Shown: piece after piece, positions 18,496-29,457 of the stretch | How positions within the stretch are numbered: the stretch's first letter is position 1 | How the letters are laid out: every line of letters starts with the position of its first letter | From: Actinomycetota bacterium | GTDB taxonomy: Bacteria > Actinomycetota > Thermoleophilia > BMS3ABIN01 | Direction: 5' to 3' | DNA length: 64,000 bases | NCBI GenBank assembly: GCA_016235065.1 | Contig: JACRMB010000010.1 | Span: 6,281-70,280 of the forward strand | The notes under the pieces: model-generated | The model's database searches: none | Told to the model about the DNA's origin: nothing | Seen by the model: the letters and a program-made list of their open reading frames with translations, nothing else | Made by a program: the position numbers and the translations under genes

Positions 18496-20739
18496 TCACG
18501 CCCGGCGCAGCCATTCGATCGACTCCCCGAAGACACGCTCGACCTCATCCCGAAGCAGGGCATTCTCAGGCCGCTTCAGCTCCGGATCAGCCTCAACCAG
18601 CTCCGACGCCTTCTCACGCGCCAGCTTCAGGACCTCCTGGTCGCGGGAAAGCCGGGCCAGGCGCAGGTCCGGCAGCCCCGACTGCCTGGCGCCGAACAGC
18701 TGGCCCTCGCTGCGTATCTCCAGATCGATGTCAGCCAGAGCGAATCCATCCGCGGTGGAAGTCATGGCCCGCAGCCGCTGCTCCCCGGACTCGGTCTTCG
18801 GGTCGCCGAACAGCAGGCAGCAGGACTCGTGCTCGCCCCGCCCCACCCGCCCGCGGAGCTGGTGCAGCTGCGCCAGCCCGAACCGGTCGGCTTCCTCCAC
18901 CAGCATCACCGTGGCGTTGGGCACGTCCACACCGACCTCGATCACTGTCGTCGTGACCAGCACCTGGACCTCCCCGGCGGCGAATCGCCGCATAGTCTCC
19001 TGTTTGGCCTGCGAAGGCATCTGGCCATGAAGCACGGCCACACGGTAGCCGGCGAACTCGCCGGCGGCCAGGCGTTCGGCTTCGCTCTCAACCGCTTTGG
19101 CTTCCAGCGCCTCGGATTCCTCGATAAGCGGGCAGACAACAAAGCACTGCCTTCCCGCGTCCAGCTGTTCCCGGATGAACCCGTAGGCGCCAGACCGCTT
19201 CACCTCGGGCACCAGCCAGGTCCTGATCCGCTGCCGCCCCGCCGGCATCATGCTTATCGTGCTCACGTCCAGGTCTCCGTATAATGTCAGCGCCAGCGTC
19301 CTCGGGATCGGCGTCGCCGTCATGTGCAGCACGTGCGGCGTGACACCTTTCCTCGTCGCCTTGTCGACCAGCTCATCGCGCTGGCGGACACCGAAGCGGT
19401 GCTGCTCGTCGACGACGACGACCGCGAGCTGACGGAAACTGACGTCCTTCTGGATCAGGGCATGGGTTCCCACGGCGATATCGACCTCACCCGCGGCCAG
19501 CTGGCTGAGCAACGCCTTCCGTTCCGCCGGCCGCAACCGGCTGGACATGAATGCGACGCGCACGCCGAGCGCCCCCAGCATCCGCTCCAGACTGAAAAAA
19601 TGTTGTTCCGCCAGCACTTCGGTGGGAGCCATGAGCGCCGCCTGGCGCCCATCCTCGACCGCCCTCAACATCGTGTAGACGGCCACGACCGTCTTGCCCG
19701 AGCCCACGTCGCCCTGGAGCAGCCGCTGCATCGGCGCCTCGTTCCTCAGATCAGCGGAGATCTCCTTGCAGGCACGGAACTGGTGCTCAGTGAGCCTGAA
19801 CGGCAGCGAACGGACAAAATCCCTGGTAAGCCCGCCGACCTCGCCCAGCGCCACTCCCCGCCGCGCATTCCGGAACTGCTGGCGATGGCTCAGAAGCCCT
19901 ACCTGCATCAGATAAAGTTCCTCGAAGACAAGACGCGCCTCCGCGGTCTTGAAGTCAGCCGCCGACCGCGGGAAATGCATCGAGATCACGGCATCGGAGC
20001 GCCACGGCAGCATCAGCTCTGCTCTCAGCGCCGATGGCAGCGGATCCGACAGGCGCGCCGCCAGCGACCGCACCCGTCCGAGCCAGCCACGCAGCCGTTT
20101 TACCGATATCTTCTCAGTGGTGGGGTAGACGGGAACAAAACCGGTGGTGTGCAGACCCCCAAGGCCCTGATGAGCCCCGGCCGCAGGTAACCCCGCGGCC
20201 TCCGCCTGCGCGCCATCCTCGCCATGGGGCCGTGCATCCCGCTTCGCCAGCAGCTCGTGGCTTCGCACTTTATAGATACAGGCGCCGGCACCCTCGTAAG
20301 TGCCGCGCAACATCAGCTCGTCTCCCGGTGACAGCTGGTCCGCCAGATAATCCTGGTTGTACCAGACCGCTTCCATATAGCCGGTCTCATCCTTCACCAT
20401 CGCTTTGACCAGCCGCAGGCTGCGCCGACGAGTCCGCTGCAGGGCCACCTTCGCCACCATGCAGCGCACAGTAGCCTCCTCCCCCAGCTTCAGCTCGCTG
20501 ATCTGCTTCTGGCTGGTAAAATCCTCATGTCTGGAAGGAAAATGGAGCAGCAGGTCGCCCAGCGTCTCAAGACCGAGTTTGCTGGCGGCTGCAGCCAGGG
20601 ATGGTCCGACTCCCGGCAGCGTGGTCAGGGGTTCATCCAGCTCGGGAGGGTTCCGGGATGACTTGGAAGTGTGGGGAAGTCCAGTGCTCCGGAGTGGCTC
20701 AAGCCCGGCGAATTCGGTAAGGCACCGGGCTTTGTTCAT
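18496..20739 (-). CDS. recG: ATP-dependent DNA helicase RecG
   Basis: Helicase motifs ([15 protein letters not shown]) and a wedge-domain N-terminus. ATG 20739 with AGGAG upstream; the track's ORF starts at 20844. Confidence 0.9.
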   Translation of the reverse strand: MNKARCLTEFAGLEPLRSTGLPHTSKSSRNPPELDEPLTTLPGVGPSLAAAASKLGLETLGDLLLHFPSRHEDFTSQKQISELKLGEEATVRCMVAKVALQRTRRRSLRLVKAMVKDETGYMEAVWYNQDYLADQLSPGDELMLRGTYEGAGACIYKVRSHELLAKRDARPHGEDGAQAEAAGLPAAGAHQGLGGLHTTGFVPVYPTTEKISVKRLRGWLGRVRSLAARLSDPLPSALRAELMLPWRSDAVISMHFPRSAADFKTAEARLVFEELYLMQVGLLSHRQQFRNARRGVALGEVGGLTRDFVRSLPFRLTEHQFRACKEISADLRNEAPMQRLLQGDVGSGKTVVAVYTMLRAVEDGRQAALMAPTEVLAEQHFFSLERMLGALGVRVAFMSSRLRPAERKALLSQLAAGEVDIAVGTHALIQKDVSFRQLAVVVVDEQHRFGVRQRDELVDKATRKGVTPHVLHMTATPIPRTLALTLYGDLDVSTISMMPAGRQRIRTWLVPEVKRSGAYGFIREQLDAGRQCFVVCPLIEESEALEAKAVESEAERLAAGEFAGYRVAVLHGQMPSQAKQETMRRFAAGEVQVLVTTTVIEVGVDVPNATVMLVEEADRFGLAQLHQLRGRVGRGEHESCCLLFGDPKTESGEQRLRAMTSTADGFALADIDLEIRSEGQLFGARQSGLPDLRLARLSRDQEVLKLAREKASELVEADPELKRPENALLRDEVERVFGESIEWLRRA

Positions 20740-20853
20740 GGCCTCTCCTTCTTGCAATTCCGGAGCGGCTATAGCATAATGTCGCCTTGTGTAAAAAGCA
20801 AGGAGCGTCGGCCCCCGGAAACGGCTGCGGCGCCTGAAAAGCAAGGAATACCG

Positions 20854-21081
20854 ATGTCAAGAGTATGTACAGTCTGCGGCAAGAAGCCCGGCTACGGAAA
20901 CAACCGCAGCCACTCCAACAGAGCGACCCGTCGCCGGTTCAATCCGAACCTGCAGAAGATTCGCATCGTCCAGAACGGCACTCCGACCCGCGCCTATGTC
21001 TGCGCCAAGTGCATCAGCGCCGGCAAGGTACAGAAAGTCGCGGTAGGCAAATCCAGCGAAGCTGCAAAGGAAGCCGTTTAG
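20854..21081 (+). CDS. rpmB: 50S ribosomal protein L28
   Basis: [35 protein letters not shown]; AAGGA upstream. The track's ORF begins at 20671 but the ribosomal protein starts at an internal ATG. Confidence 0.9.
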   Translation: MSRVCTVCGKKPGYGNNRSHSNRATRRRFNPNLQKIRIVQNGTPTRAYVCAKCISAGKVQKVAVGKSSEAAKEAV

Positions 21082-21121
21082 AAGAAGCGTCTGGATAACA
21101 GGCGACATCTGATTCAGGCAC

Positions 21122-21152
21122 CTAAGCCTCCTCCGGGAGGCTTTTTGTTTTC
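21122..21152 (+). terminator. Intrinsic terminator of rpmB
   Basis: aagcctcc-tccg-ggaggctt followed by tttgttttcc. Confidence 0.6.
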
Positions 21153-21321
21153 CTCTGCCAGGCTCCTTGATTATGAACACACTGGCGTGCCGTCGCAATA
21201 AATAAGGACATTCCCCGAGCCGCATAAGCTACTTATTCGCATTTCCGGACCGAAACTTAAAATAGATTGCCTGTCATAGCTGGCTCCAAAGAGCCGGCAC
21301 GGTTCGAGAAAAGGGGTTGAG

Positions 21322-21708
21322 ATGGAATCAGAATTTTCGTTTACATTAGGTGTCGTACCAACTCTACTGATCAGTCTTGCGGTTTATGTGTACTACTCAT
21401 ACTCGTTGATGGTGATCGCCCACAAGACGGACACTGGTAGCGCCTGGATGGCGTGGGTGCCGATCCTCAACCTGCTGCTCATGTGCAGGGTCGCCGGAAG
21501 GCCCGGATGGTGGCTGGTGCTGATGTTAATACCCCTGGTTAACATTGTCATGATGCTTGTCGTCTGGATGGGCATCGCCGAGGCCAGAGGCTTCGCCAGC
21601 TGGTGGGGCATCATGATGATCGTCCCGTTCGTCAATGTCATCGTTCCGGGATACCTGGCTTTCGCTGAAGGGCATGGGGTGTCGCACGGAACCCCGATCC
21701 ATCACTGA
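21322..21708 (+). CDS. Small 3-TM membrane protein, paralog A of a tandem triplicated family
   Basis: 128 aa. Conserved WVPILN, AEARGF.SWWG and VPFVN..PGYLAF motifs. AAGGGG Shine-Dalgarno. Confidence 0.65.
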   Translation: MESEFSFTLGVVPTLLISLAVYVYYSYSLMVIAHKTDTGSAWMAWVPILNLLLMCRVAGRPGWWLVLMLIPLVNIVMMLVVWMGIAEARGFASWWGIMMIVPFVNVIVPGYLAFAEGHGVSHGTPIHH

Positions 21709-22005
21709 AAACCGGGCGGTATCGCACTGGTTGCGGTTCGCTCATTGATACAGGAACGCAAACGAGCATCGCGAGAATCAGCATCAGGCAGCACGCGAGA
21801 CCCCCCATCCGGGGGGTTTCGCGCTGCCAGGCCCGCAAATCCCTGATGCCGGCTGGTGCCAATCGGGCGGCATCTTCGCCAGTCCAGCAGCATCATCGCC
21901 TGAAACGGCGACCTCCATGCAGGTTATTGAGCATCTACTGCGAAAAGAAGAATAGAAAAGCAGCAAAAGACTTGAATCAATTACAGAAAACGGAAAGGAG
22001 TGGTA

Positions 22006-22353
22006 ATGGAAGCTGAATTCTCTTTGGGCGGAGGACCGGTTCTTATCCTCTGGGCAGCGATCTACGTCTACATGGCGTTCTCGCTGATGACCATCGCCAA
22101 CAAGACCGGCACCGAGAATGCCTGGTTCGCGTGGGTGCCGATCCTTAATGTCATCCTTATGCTTCAGATCGCGGACAAACCGATATGGTGGATCATCCTC
22201 TTTCTGATCCCGATCGTGAACATCGTCATCGCCATCATGGTATGGATGGCGATCGCCGAGGCCAGGGGTTTTCCAAGCTGGTGGGGCATCCTGATGATCG
22301 TCCCGTTCGTCAACTTCATCGTGCCCGGATACCTGGCTTTCGCCGAACCCTAA
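22006..22353 (+). CDS. Small 3-TM membrane protein, paralog B
   Basis: 115 aa with the same motifs. AAAGGAG then 5 nt then ATG. Confidence 0.7.
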   Translation: MEAEFSLGGGPVLILWAAIYVYMAFSLMTIANKTGTENAWFAWVPILNVILMLQIADKPIWWIILFLIPIVNIVIAIMVWMAIAEARGFPSWWGILMIVPFVNFIVPGYLAFAEP

Positions 22354-22639
22354 GCCGGACAACCGTCACAACGACGCTGCCCATATAAACTACGTTTGAA
22401 CGGAAAAGCCGCCATCCGGGGGCTTTTCCGCTTTCTGCGTCAGTAGATCTCCACCAGCCAGCCGGCGTCCTGCCGGCAATAATCCAGTCATACGGACCAC
22501 CCGGTTATCGGATGAACTGAATCCCACAGTCCTGCTCAATTATCAGCCCACGATGCCGACAGAGGGTTAAGCCAGAACCAGCCGAAGAGTGGCATGCTCC
22601 ACGCTTCACAACAGATCAATAAAAAAAGGGGTGTTCTTT

Positions 22640-22981
22640 ATGAGGTCTTCAGGAGGATCCGATTTTATCATCATCGCCGGGCTGATTCTGTATGCCTGGC
22701 TTACTTGCTGCCTGTACCGGATAGCAGTGAAGGTAGGCATGCATAATGCCAGCCTTGCCTTCATCCCCTTAGTAAACATGATGCTGATCTGCGCCATGAT
22801 AGACAAGCCTGCGTGGTTTGCAATATTGTTTTTTATTCCGGTGGTTGGCTTTTTCTGGAGCATAATCGTGTGGATGAGACTCAGTGAGGCTGTCGGGCAC
22901 TCACAATGGTGGGGGCTGGCGATGTTGTTGCCTGTCTTCAACCTGGCCATACCCGGATACCTGGCGTTCTCCAGATCCTGA
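22640..22981 (+). CDS. Small 3-TM membrane protein, paralog C
   Basis: 113 aa with the same motifs. AAGGGGTG Shine-Dalgarno. Its 3' flank of about 30 nt nearly duplicates that of paralog B. Confidence 0.65.
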   Translation: MRSSGGSDFIIIAGLILYAWLTCCLYRIAVKVGMHNASLAFIPLVNMMLICAMIDKPAWFAILFFIPVVGFFWSIIVWMRLSEAVGHSQWWGLAMLLPVFNLAIPGYLAFSRS

Positions 22982-23079
22982 GCCGGACAGCCGTCACTAC
23001 GACGTCTGCCAAAATAGGGTTTCATCTTTTGTTCGAAGGGGAGAGTAACGCGAGACAACATCTGTCTGACGGGAGGAAT

Positions 23080-23568
23080 ATGAACTTCAGGCTACATAAG
23101 TCGGCTGCGTCAATGGTGCTTCCCATTTTGCTGGTGGCAGTCGCCATCACTATCGCTGGTTGCGGCAGCGAAGGCACAACATCAGTGGAAACGAAAACCG
23201 CTACGGCCAGAACCGTGCCTGTGCGGACTACCACGGTGAACACAGGGACGGTGACAGTCACGGAAGCAGACGAGGGATCTACGGTGAACCTGGCTGCAGG
23301 AGCTAAGCTTCAGGTCTTACTGAAAAGCAATCCAACAACCGGATATCACTGGGTCGCTTCGGCGGACCAGGGCTGTCTGCAGCAGGCGGGGGATGCCGTC
23401 TACACGCCTGATCCGAACCCTGAAGGCATGGTCGGCACCGGAGGGAAGGACACCTTCACATTCAATGCCGTCTCGCCGTGCCAGGCCTCCCTGTTGATGA
23501 ACTACCTGAGTCCGGCCAATCAGCCGTCGGAAACGACCTTCAGCATCACCGTCAATATCACGGCATAG
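23080..23568 (+). CDS. Chagasin-family (MEROPS I42) cysteine-peptidase inhibitor lipoprotein
   Basis: Lipoprotein signal (LLVAVAITIAGC), NPTTGYHW motif and GMVGTGG motif. GGGAGGA Shine-Dalgarno. Confidence 0.65.
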   Translation: MNFRLHKSAASMVLPILLVAVAITIAGCGSEGTTSVETKTATARTVPVRTTTVNTGTVTVTEADEGSTVNLAAGAKLQVLLKSNPTTGYHWVASADQGCLQQAGDAVYTPDPNPEGMVGTGGKDTFTFNAVSPCQASLLMNYLSPANQPSETTFSITVNITA

Positions 23569-23603
23569 CATGTTGGCATGAAAGCCGGAAGCGCCACCAA
23601 AAA

Positions 23604-23626
23604 AGCCCCCGTGACGGGGGCTTTTT
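23604..23626. terminator. Bidirectional intrinsic terminator (A-run, gcccccgtgacgggggc, T-run)
   Basis: Perfect 7-bp GC stem flanked by A6 and T5. It lies between the convergent chagasin-like gene and ribH. Confidence 0.6.
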
Positions 23627-23689
23627 CATTGCTATGAATTCCGTGCTTCTCGGCTGGCCGCATGACGCGTCCCGCCATCGCAGCCCTGC

Positions 23690-24166
23690 CTACTTCATTG
23701 TCTTTACCAGCTGGGCCATCTCGATGGCGCCGGCTGCTGCCTGCCAGCCCTTGTTGCCGGCCTTGGTGCCAGCCCGTTCGACGGCCTGCTCGATGGAATC
23801 GGTTGTGAGCACACCCATGGCTACGGGCACCTTGGTATCCATGGCGATCTTAGCGATGCCCTTGGATACCTCACCGGCCACATAATCGAAATGAGGCGTG
23901 CCGCCACGGATGACCGCGCCCAGGGCGATCACGGCGTCGTACTTGCCGCTCTCGGCCATCTTGGCCGCCACCAGCGGGATCTCGAAGGCACCGGGGACCC
24001 AGGCTACCTCGATAGCGCCCTTGCCGGCTCCGTGCCTGATGATGCAATCCACAGCGCCGTCCAGCAGGCGCAGAGAGATGAACTCGTTGAATCGGGCGAC
24101 GACGATGCCGAACTTCAGGCCCTTGGCATCGAGCATCCCTTCGTAACTCTTGTATTTTTCCGCCAT
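23690..24166 (-). CDS. ribH: 6,7-dimethyl-8-ribityllumazine synthase
   Basis: 158 aa with a typical RibH sequence ([11 protein letters not shown]...WVPGAFE). Confidence 0.95.
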   Translation of the reverse strand: MAEKYKSYEGMLDAKGLKFGIVVARFNEFISLRLLDGAVDCIIRHGAGKGAIEVAWVPGAFEIPLVAAKMAESGKYDAVIALGAVIRGGTPHFDYVAGEVSKGIAKIAMDTKVPVAMGVLTTDSIEQAVERAGTKAGNKGWQAAAGAIEMAQLVKTMK

Positions 24167-24226
24167 CAGCTGATCCTTTCTGTCAGTTTTTCCGGTCCTG
24201 CGGCTGCGAGTGGCCTGCCGCCGGTT

Positions 24227-25516
24227 TTACTCGCTCGTCTTTTCCTCTTCCTCGCCCTCGAACCTGAGGTCCTGGTGATGGAGGATATGTCCCATCTTCG
24301 CCTTCTTGGTGGCGAGGTATGCCACGTTCTCACACTGGGGCGGCATCTCGATTGGCACTCTTTCCACGATCTTGAGCCCATATCCTTCCAGACCCTTGAT
24401 CTTTTTTGGGTTATTGGTCATCTGGCGGATAGTAGTCAGACCAAGGTCCACCAGTATCTGGGCGCCGATGCCATAATCGCGAAGGTCAGCGGGAAAGCCG
24501 AGCTCCTCGTTGGCCTGGACCGTGTCCATGCCCTGCTCCTGCAGTTCGTAAGCACGCAGCTTGTTGAGGATGCCGATGCCGCGTCCTTCCTGTGACATGT
24601 AAAGCAGAACGCCCTTGCCGTCCTCGTCGATCATGCGCAGCGCATGGTTGAGCTGCTCACCGCAGTCGCAGCGCATGGAGTGGAAGACATCGCCGGTCAG
24701 GCATTCCGAGTGCACCCGCACCAGCACGTTCTCCGCGCCGTCCACGTCACCCTTGACCAGAGCCACATGCTCCTCATTATCCAGCAGGCTGCGGAAACCG
24801 ATGGCGCGGAAGTCGCCATATCTCGTCGGGAGCCGCGCGTCGGCGACACGCTGCACCAGCTTCTCGTTCTTGCGCCGGTACTTGATCAGGTCGGCGACGG
24901 TTACCATCTTGAGGTTGTGCTTCTTGCAGTAGGGGATCAGGTCCGGCACTCTCGACATGGTGCCGTCCTCGTTCATGATCTCGCAGATGACGCCGGCGGG
25001 CTCCAGCCCGGCAAGACGCGCCAGGTCGACGCCGGCTTCGGTCTGGCCGGTGCGCTCAAGCACTCCGCCCGGTTTGGCCCTCAGTGGGAACACATGGCCG
25101 GGCTGCACCAGATCAGTGGGCTTGGCGCCTGGCTTGATGGCGGTCTGGATGGTGTGCGCCCGGTCGGCTGCCGAGATGCCGGTGGTGACGCCGTGGCGCG
25201 CTTCCACGGAAACCGTGAAGGCGGTACTGAAGGTGGCCTCGTTGTTCTGGACCATCTGGGGCAGGTCGAGTTCGATGCACTTCTCCGGGGTAAGGGTCAG
25301 GCAGATGAGCCCGCGCCCGTACATGGCCATGAAGTTGATGGCGTCCGGCGTGGCGAACTGGGCTGCCATGGTCAGGTCACCCTCATTCTCCCTGTCCTCA
25401 TCATCGCAGACGACGACTATCTTGCCGGCCTTGATGTCCTCGATTGCTTCTTCGATGCTGCTGAACGGCGAGTCCGCAGCTTTTGCTTCCTGGTTTTCCA
25501 TTTCCTTTTCTCCCAT
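24227..25516 (-). CDS. ribBA: Bifunctional 3,4-dihydroxy-2-butanone-4-phosphate synthase / GTP cyclohydrolase II
   Basis: DHBP synthase N-terminal half plus a GTP cyclohydrolase II half (CDCGEQ). Start taken at ATG 25516 (GGAAGGA upstream); an alternative ATG lies at 25501. Confidence 0.9.
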   Translation of the reverse strand: MGEKEMENQEAKAADSPFSSIEEAIEDIKAGKIVVVCDDEDRENEGDLTMAAQFATPDAINFMAMYGRGLICLTLTPEKCIELDLPQMVQNNEATFSTAFTVSVEARHGVTTGISAADRAHTIQTAIKPGAKPTDLVQPGHVFPLRAKPGGVLERTGQTEAGVDLARLAGLEPAGVICEIMNEDGTMSRVPDLIPYCKKHNLKMVTVADLIKYRRKNEKLVQRVADARLPTRYGDFRAIGFRSLLDNEEHVALVKGDVDGAENVLVRVHSECLTGDVFHSMRCDCGEQLNHALRMIDEDGKGVLLYMSQEGRGIGILNKLRAYELQEQGMDTVQANEELGFPADLRDYGIGAQILVDLGLTTIRQMTNNPKKIKGLEGYGLKIVERVPIEMPPQCENVAYLATKKAKMGHILHHQDLRFEGEEEEKTSE

Positions 25517-25642
25517 TTTTCCTTCCTGCTCCCTAAGTTGTTTGACACTTTGCAGTATTTCTATTGCTGACACTTTATATATTCATACAATCGCTATTCG
25601 AATCAGCGGACCCCTGAAGCGGTCCCGCCTGACAGCCAGAAT

Positions 25643-26296
25643 CTACAAAAATCCCCCCTCTGCCAGCTTTTCAAGGGTCAGGCCGCCTTCGCCATGGCCT
25701 CCGGGAAGACCGCCGCGCATGATCTTCTCAACATACTTGCCCAGCACGTCGGCCTCAAGGTTCACAAAGTAGCCGACTCCATGGTGGCCAAGGGTTGTGA
25801 CTTTGACCGTATGCGGGATCAGCGAGACGCTGAACTGCTCTCGCTCCAGCCTGGCGATCGTCAGGCTGATGCCGTCGATGCCGATCGAGCCCTGGGGCAG
25901 CAGGTAGCGCCGGATCTCTTCCGGAGCTGAAAATGTATAAAAGATAGCGTTGCCTTCAGGACGGATGGAGACGATCTTGCCGACGGCGTCAACGTGGCCC
26001 AGCATCAGATGCCCCCCGAGCCGCGCCGAAAGCGTCAGAGCTCTTTCCAGGTTGACGATGCTGCCACGCTTGAGATGTCCCAGGTTTGTCTTCCTCAGGG
26101 TCTCGGGCATCACGTCGGCTGAGAAAGTGCCGCTGCCAAAATCCCTGGCGGTCAGACAGACACCGTTGACCGCGATGGAATCGCCCAGCTGGCATCCCTC
26201 GAGGACCTTGTCCGCTTCCACTGTGATGACGCCCGAGTCGGAACCCATCTCCAGGCTGACGAGCTTGCCAAGTTCTTCAACGATACCGGTGAACAT
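25643..26296 (-). CDS. ribE: Riboflavin synthase alpha subunit
   Basis: MFTGIVEELG start; two lumazine-binding repeats. Confidence 0.9.
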   Translation of the reverse strand: MFTGIVEELGKLVSLEMGSDSGVITVEADKVLEGCQLGDSIAVNGVCLTARDFGSGTFSADVMPETLRKTNLGHLKRGSIVNLERALTLSARLGGHLMLGHVDAVGKIVSIRPEGNAIFYTFSAPEEIRRYLLPQGSIGIDGISLTIARLEREQFSVSLIPHTVKVTTLGHHGVGYFVNLEADVLGKYVEKIMRGGLPGGHGEGGLTLEKLAEGGFL

Positions 26297-26332
26297 CTAG
26301 CGAACCTCCTCGCTGGGGAAAAGAAAGGCCAT

Positions 26333-27457
26333 CTACCATTCCTCCTGAGTGGTGTAAGCGGTTATCAGCACGTCATCGCCGACCGCCTTGTGTTTGACCC
26401 TGTAAAGCGGCGTCGCCTCGCCCACCAGCCGGAAACCGCGCCCTTCGACCGGAGTGCGCGCATCCTTGCCGCCGATGAATTTCGGCGCTACAAAAGTCAT
26501 GACCTTGTCGATAGCCCCGGACTCCACGAAAGAAGCCGCAAGCGTCGGTCCACCTTCAAGCAGGAGGCTGAGGGCAGCGGGCTCGCGGGAGCCAAGATGC
26601 AGCAGCGCTTCGCCTACGTTCACCTGGCTGTCCAGGGTCCCGGTCCGGACGACCTCGACTCCGGCGTCCTTGAGCGCCTTCACTTTTTCCTGGGTTGCGG
26701 CCTCGGTGACGAAGACCAGCGTCGCTACTTCACCGGCGGTCTTCACAAGCTGGCTCTCCAGGGACAGTCCAGCCTTCGAATCGAACACGACCCTTAGAGG
26801 TTGCTTGTAATCGCCGGGTATGCGGCAGGTGAGCATGGGATCGTCTATCTGGGCGGTGCCGCTGCCACAGGCGATGGCGTCGACCTCGCCCCGGAGCGCA
26901 TGTACCAGCGCCCGGCTTTCCTCGCCGGATATCCACTTGGAATCGCCAGTCGAGGTCGCTATCTTGCCATCCAGGCTCATGGCGCTCTTGAAGATGACAA
27001 AAGGCAGCCCGGTAACCGCATGCTTGCGGAAGGCTTCGTTCTGGGAACGCGCCCGGGCGGCCAGCAGACCGTCGAGCACTTCGACTTCGATGCCAGCCTC
27101 ACGCAGCTGCTCCAGGCCCTTGCCATTGACCTTCGATGACGGATCGAGAGAAGCGACGACGACCCGGGCGATGCCCGCATCGATCAGCGCGTTGCTGCAT
27201 GGGCCTGTGCGGCCATGATGGCAGCAGGGCTCGAGGGTCACGAAGATAGTGGCACCCCTGATGTCGCCGGTTGCCGATTTGATCGCGGCCACCTCGGCAT
27301 GATCGTCTCCGGCACGCTTGTGATAGCCCTCGCCGATGACTTCCTCGCCACGAGCGATCACAGCACCCACGGTAGGATTGGGGCTGGTCTTGCCCCTGGC
27401 CAGATCGGCCAGGTTGAGCGCCCTTTGCATGAAACTTATGTCGAGTCCGGTAACCAT
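26333..27457 (-). CDS. ribD: Bifunctional riboflavin biosynthesis deaminase/reductase
   Basis: CMP/dCMP deaminase motif (HAE...PCxxC) plus a reductase domain, 374 aa. Confidence 0.9.
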   Translation of the reverse strand: MVTGLDISFMQRALNLADLARGKTSPNPTVGAVIARGEEVIGEGYHKRAGDDHAEVAAIKSATGDIRGATIFVTLEPCCHHGRTGPCSNALIDAGIARVVVASLDPSSKVNGKGLEQLREAGIEVEVLDGLLAARARSQNEAFRKHAVTGLPFVIFKSAMSLDGKIATSTGDSKWISGEESRALVHALRGEVDAIACGSGTAQIDDPMLTCRIPGDYKQPLRVVFDSKAGLSLESQLVKTAGEVATLVFVTEAATQEKVKALKDAGVEVVRTGTLDSQVNVGEALLHLGSREPAALSLLLEGGPTLAASFVESGAIDKVMTFVAPKFIGGKDARTPVEGRGFRLVGEATPLYRVKHKAVGDDVLITAYTTQEEW

Positions 27458-27654
27458 GTATGATCGTCTTCCCTTATCGCCGCTCGCGGCTACTTCTTTA
27501 AACAGGCCGCTCCTGCTGTTTCCTGAGCAGGCCGCCCCATAGATACTGAGGCAATCTGCGATTCACGTCTGCGTTTTTATTCAGCGAAAGGCTTCGGGGG
27601 GATCATGAGGGGGATGAAGACGTCCAATTTCATCTGCTACCGGGAGGCCGCCCA

Positions 27655-27825
<171 letters not shown>

Positions 27826-27957
27826 AATCAGCTATTCAGTTTTTTAGGGCCGATAATGCAGGCCGCACAGAAAAATAATAACAGAAAAACGGGGGAAGAT
27901 TCCAGACCTGCCAGTTCAGAGCCGCCAGTCAGGATGACAGCCTAGGGAAACAGTCAG

Positions 27958-28647
27958 CTAACCGGCCGCGCGCGCGGCCATGGAAGCCATCAGGCTTCGC
28001 GCCGCGGCAGCCTGATCGCTGGCGCCAAATACGGCCGAGCCGGCAACGAACAGGTTGGCACCGGTGTCCAGAACGGCTTCGATGGTATCAGGAGCAACGC
28101 CGCCATCCACCTCGAGTCCTACATGGTCGGGCAGCAGCTGGCGCGCCCGGGCTATCTTTGGCAGCACCGAGGCGATGAACTTCTGGCCGCTGAAACCGGG
28201 ATTGACCGTCATCATCAGGGCGAAATCGATGTCGCCGGTGACCTCCTGCAGCACGTTTAGCGGCGTCGCCGGATTCAGTGAGACGCCCGCCTTGCAGCCG
28301 GCAGCGCGGATCTGCGAGAGGGTCATGTTCAGGTGGGTGCAGGCTTCGGCATGGACGCAGATCCAGTCCGAACCGGCCCTGGCGAAATCGTCGATGTACC
28401 GTTCGGGCGCGTCTATCATCAGGTGAACGTCGAGGACGCCGCCAGCGTCGTGCACAAGGTCGCGGATGCCCTCGATCACTACCGGCCCGATGGTGATGTT
28501 GGGGACGAACTGGCCGTCCATCACATCCACATGGATTACCCTGACTCCGGCATCCATCACCCGCCTGATGTCCTCGCCCAGGCACGAGAAATCGGCCGAG
28601 AGGATCGACGGGGCCAGCTGGTAGCTTGTGATCAGTTCGTCGTTCAC
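27958..28647 (-). CDS. rpe: Ribulose-phosphate 3-epimerase
   Basis: 229 aa with LAPSILSADF, HVDVMDG and MTVNPGFSGQKF motifs. Confidence 0.9.
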   Translation of the reverse strand: MNDELITSYQLAPSILSADFSCLGEDIRRVMDAGVRVIHVDVMDGQFVPNITIGPVVIEGIRDLVHDAGGVLDVHLMIDAPERYIDDFARAGSDWICVHAEACTHLNMTLSQIRAAGCKAGVSLNPATPLNVLQEVTGDIDFALMMTVNPGFSGQKFIASVLPKIARARQLLPDHVGLEVDGGVAPDTIEAVLDTGANLFVAGSAVFGASDQAAAARSLMASMAARAAG

Positions 28648-28689
28648 GGGGGTGATTCTAGCATAGATGCCACCGGCGTCGCAGCCTGT

Positions 28690-29106
28690 CTAGCGGCGGC
28701 TGGATGGTCCGAGCACACCAGTGATGAACAGGCTGATATAAAAGATCATGTATATCGCCAGCAAGGCGACGACGACTGCGCCGATGATGATCGCCCAGCG
28801 AGCGTACTTGCGCCCTTCTTCCGGAGATTCACCCCGGTCGATCTTCTTCAGTTCCATGACGCCGAGGATGATCCCCGCAAAAGCAGTCGCGCAGTTGGAA
28901 AAACCCACCAGAGACAGGATGAAGGCCAGGATAGCCATGTTGCCCGGACCGGTTTTCTTGACCCCGACGCCGGAGTTCGCGCACGTGCGGCAGTATAAGC
29001 TGCCATCAGGAGTCGTCATGGCGCAGCCGTAACAGAAGCTCCTGCCGCAACTGGCACACTGGCCGGCGGCAGGTTTATCCGGATGGTTTACGCAGGTCTC
29101 GCCCAT
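28690..29106 (-). CDS. DUF4190-family small membrane protein with N-terminal double CxxC zinc ribbon
   Basis: CASCGRSFCYGC...CRTC, then two TM helices with the GIILGVMELKKI motif. Its ATG overlaps the stop of the upstream gene (TGATG). Confidence 0.7.
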   Translation of the reverse strand: MGETCVNHPDKPAAGQCASCGRSFCYGCAMTTPDGSLYCRTCANSGVGVKKTGPGNMAILAFILSLVGFSNCATAFAGIILGVMELKKIDRGESPEEGRKYARWAIIIGAVVVALLAIYMIFYISLFITGVLGPSSRR

Positions 29107-29447
29107 CAGCTCCCCGTGTTGAATTCCCAGGAATAGTCACCCGTGGCTACCAGCACTATCGCCAGGATCAGATTGATCACCAGGGCGGCAATGCCGATGA
29201 TGACGCCCGCCTTGGCCATCGACTGGCCTTTGATGGAAGACTGGCCTTTCTTGATGTTGCCCAGCTCGACGATGCCGATCACGACGCCGGCCAGAGCCGG
29301 GACGCTGCAACAGAAGATCCCCAGGATCGACAGCACCAGTGAAGCAGTGGCAAGGCCGCTTGCTTTCTCAGGACGGGGCGGCATGCCTCCTGGCGTCACC
29401 GGTCCTGTCGCGGGCATTTGCGGTGGTGGTGTGCCTTCCATCATCAA
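29106..29447 (-). CDS. DUF4190-family small membrane protein with Pro-rich N-terminus
   Basis: MMEGTPPPQMPATGPVTPGGMPPRP, then two TM helices (VVIGIVELGNIKKG). AGGAGG lies upstream of the ATG pair at 29447/29444. Confidence 0.65.
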   Translation of the reverse strand: MMMEGTPPPQMPATGPVTPGGMPPRPEKASGLATASLVLSILGIFCCSVPALAGVVIGIVELGNIKKGQSSIKGQSMAKAGVIIGIAALVINLILAIVLVATGDYSWEFNTGS

Positions 29448-29457
29448 CCTCCTGGCA

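Noticed and set aside
18180-19284. Plus-strand ORFs of 258 and 271 aa
   Set aside because: Antisense to rsmD and recG. Pro/Arg-rich nonsense.
20671-20853. N-terminal extension of the rpmB ORF (61 extra codons)
   Set aside because: The L28 sequence begins at an internal ATG (20854) with its own AAGGA. The extension would read through the recG promoter and leader.
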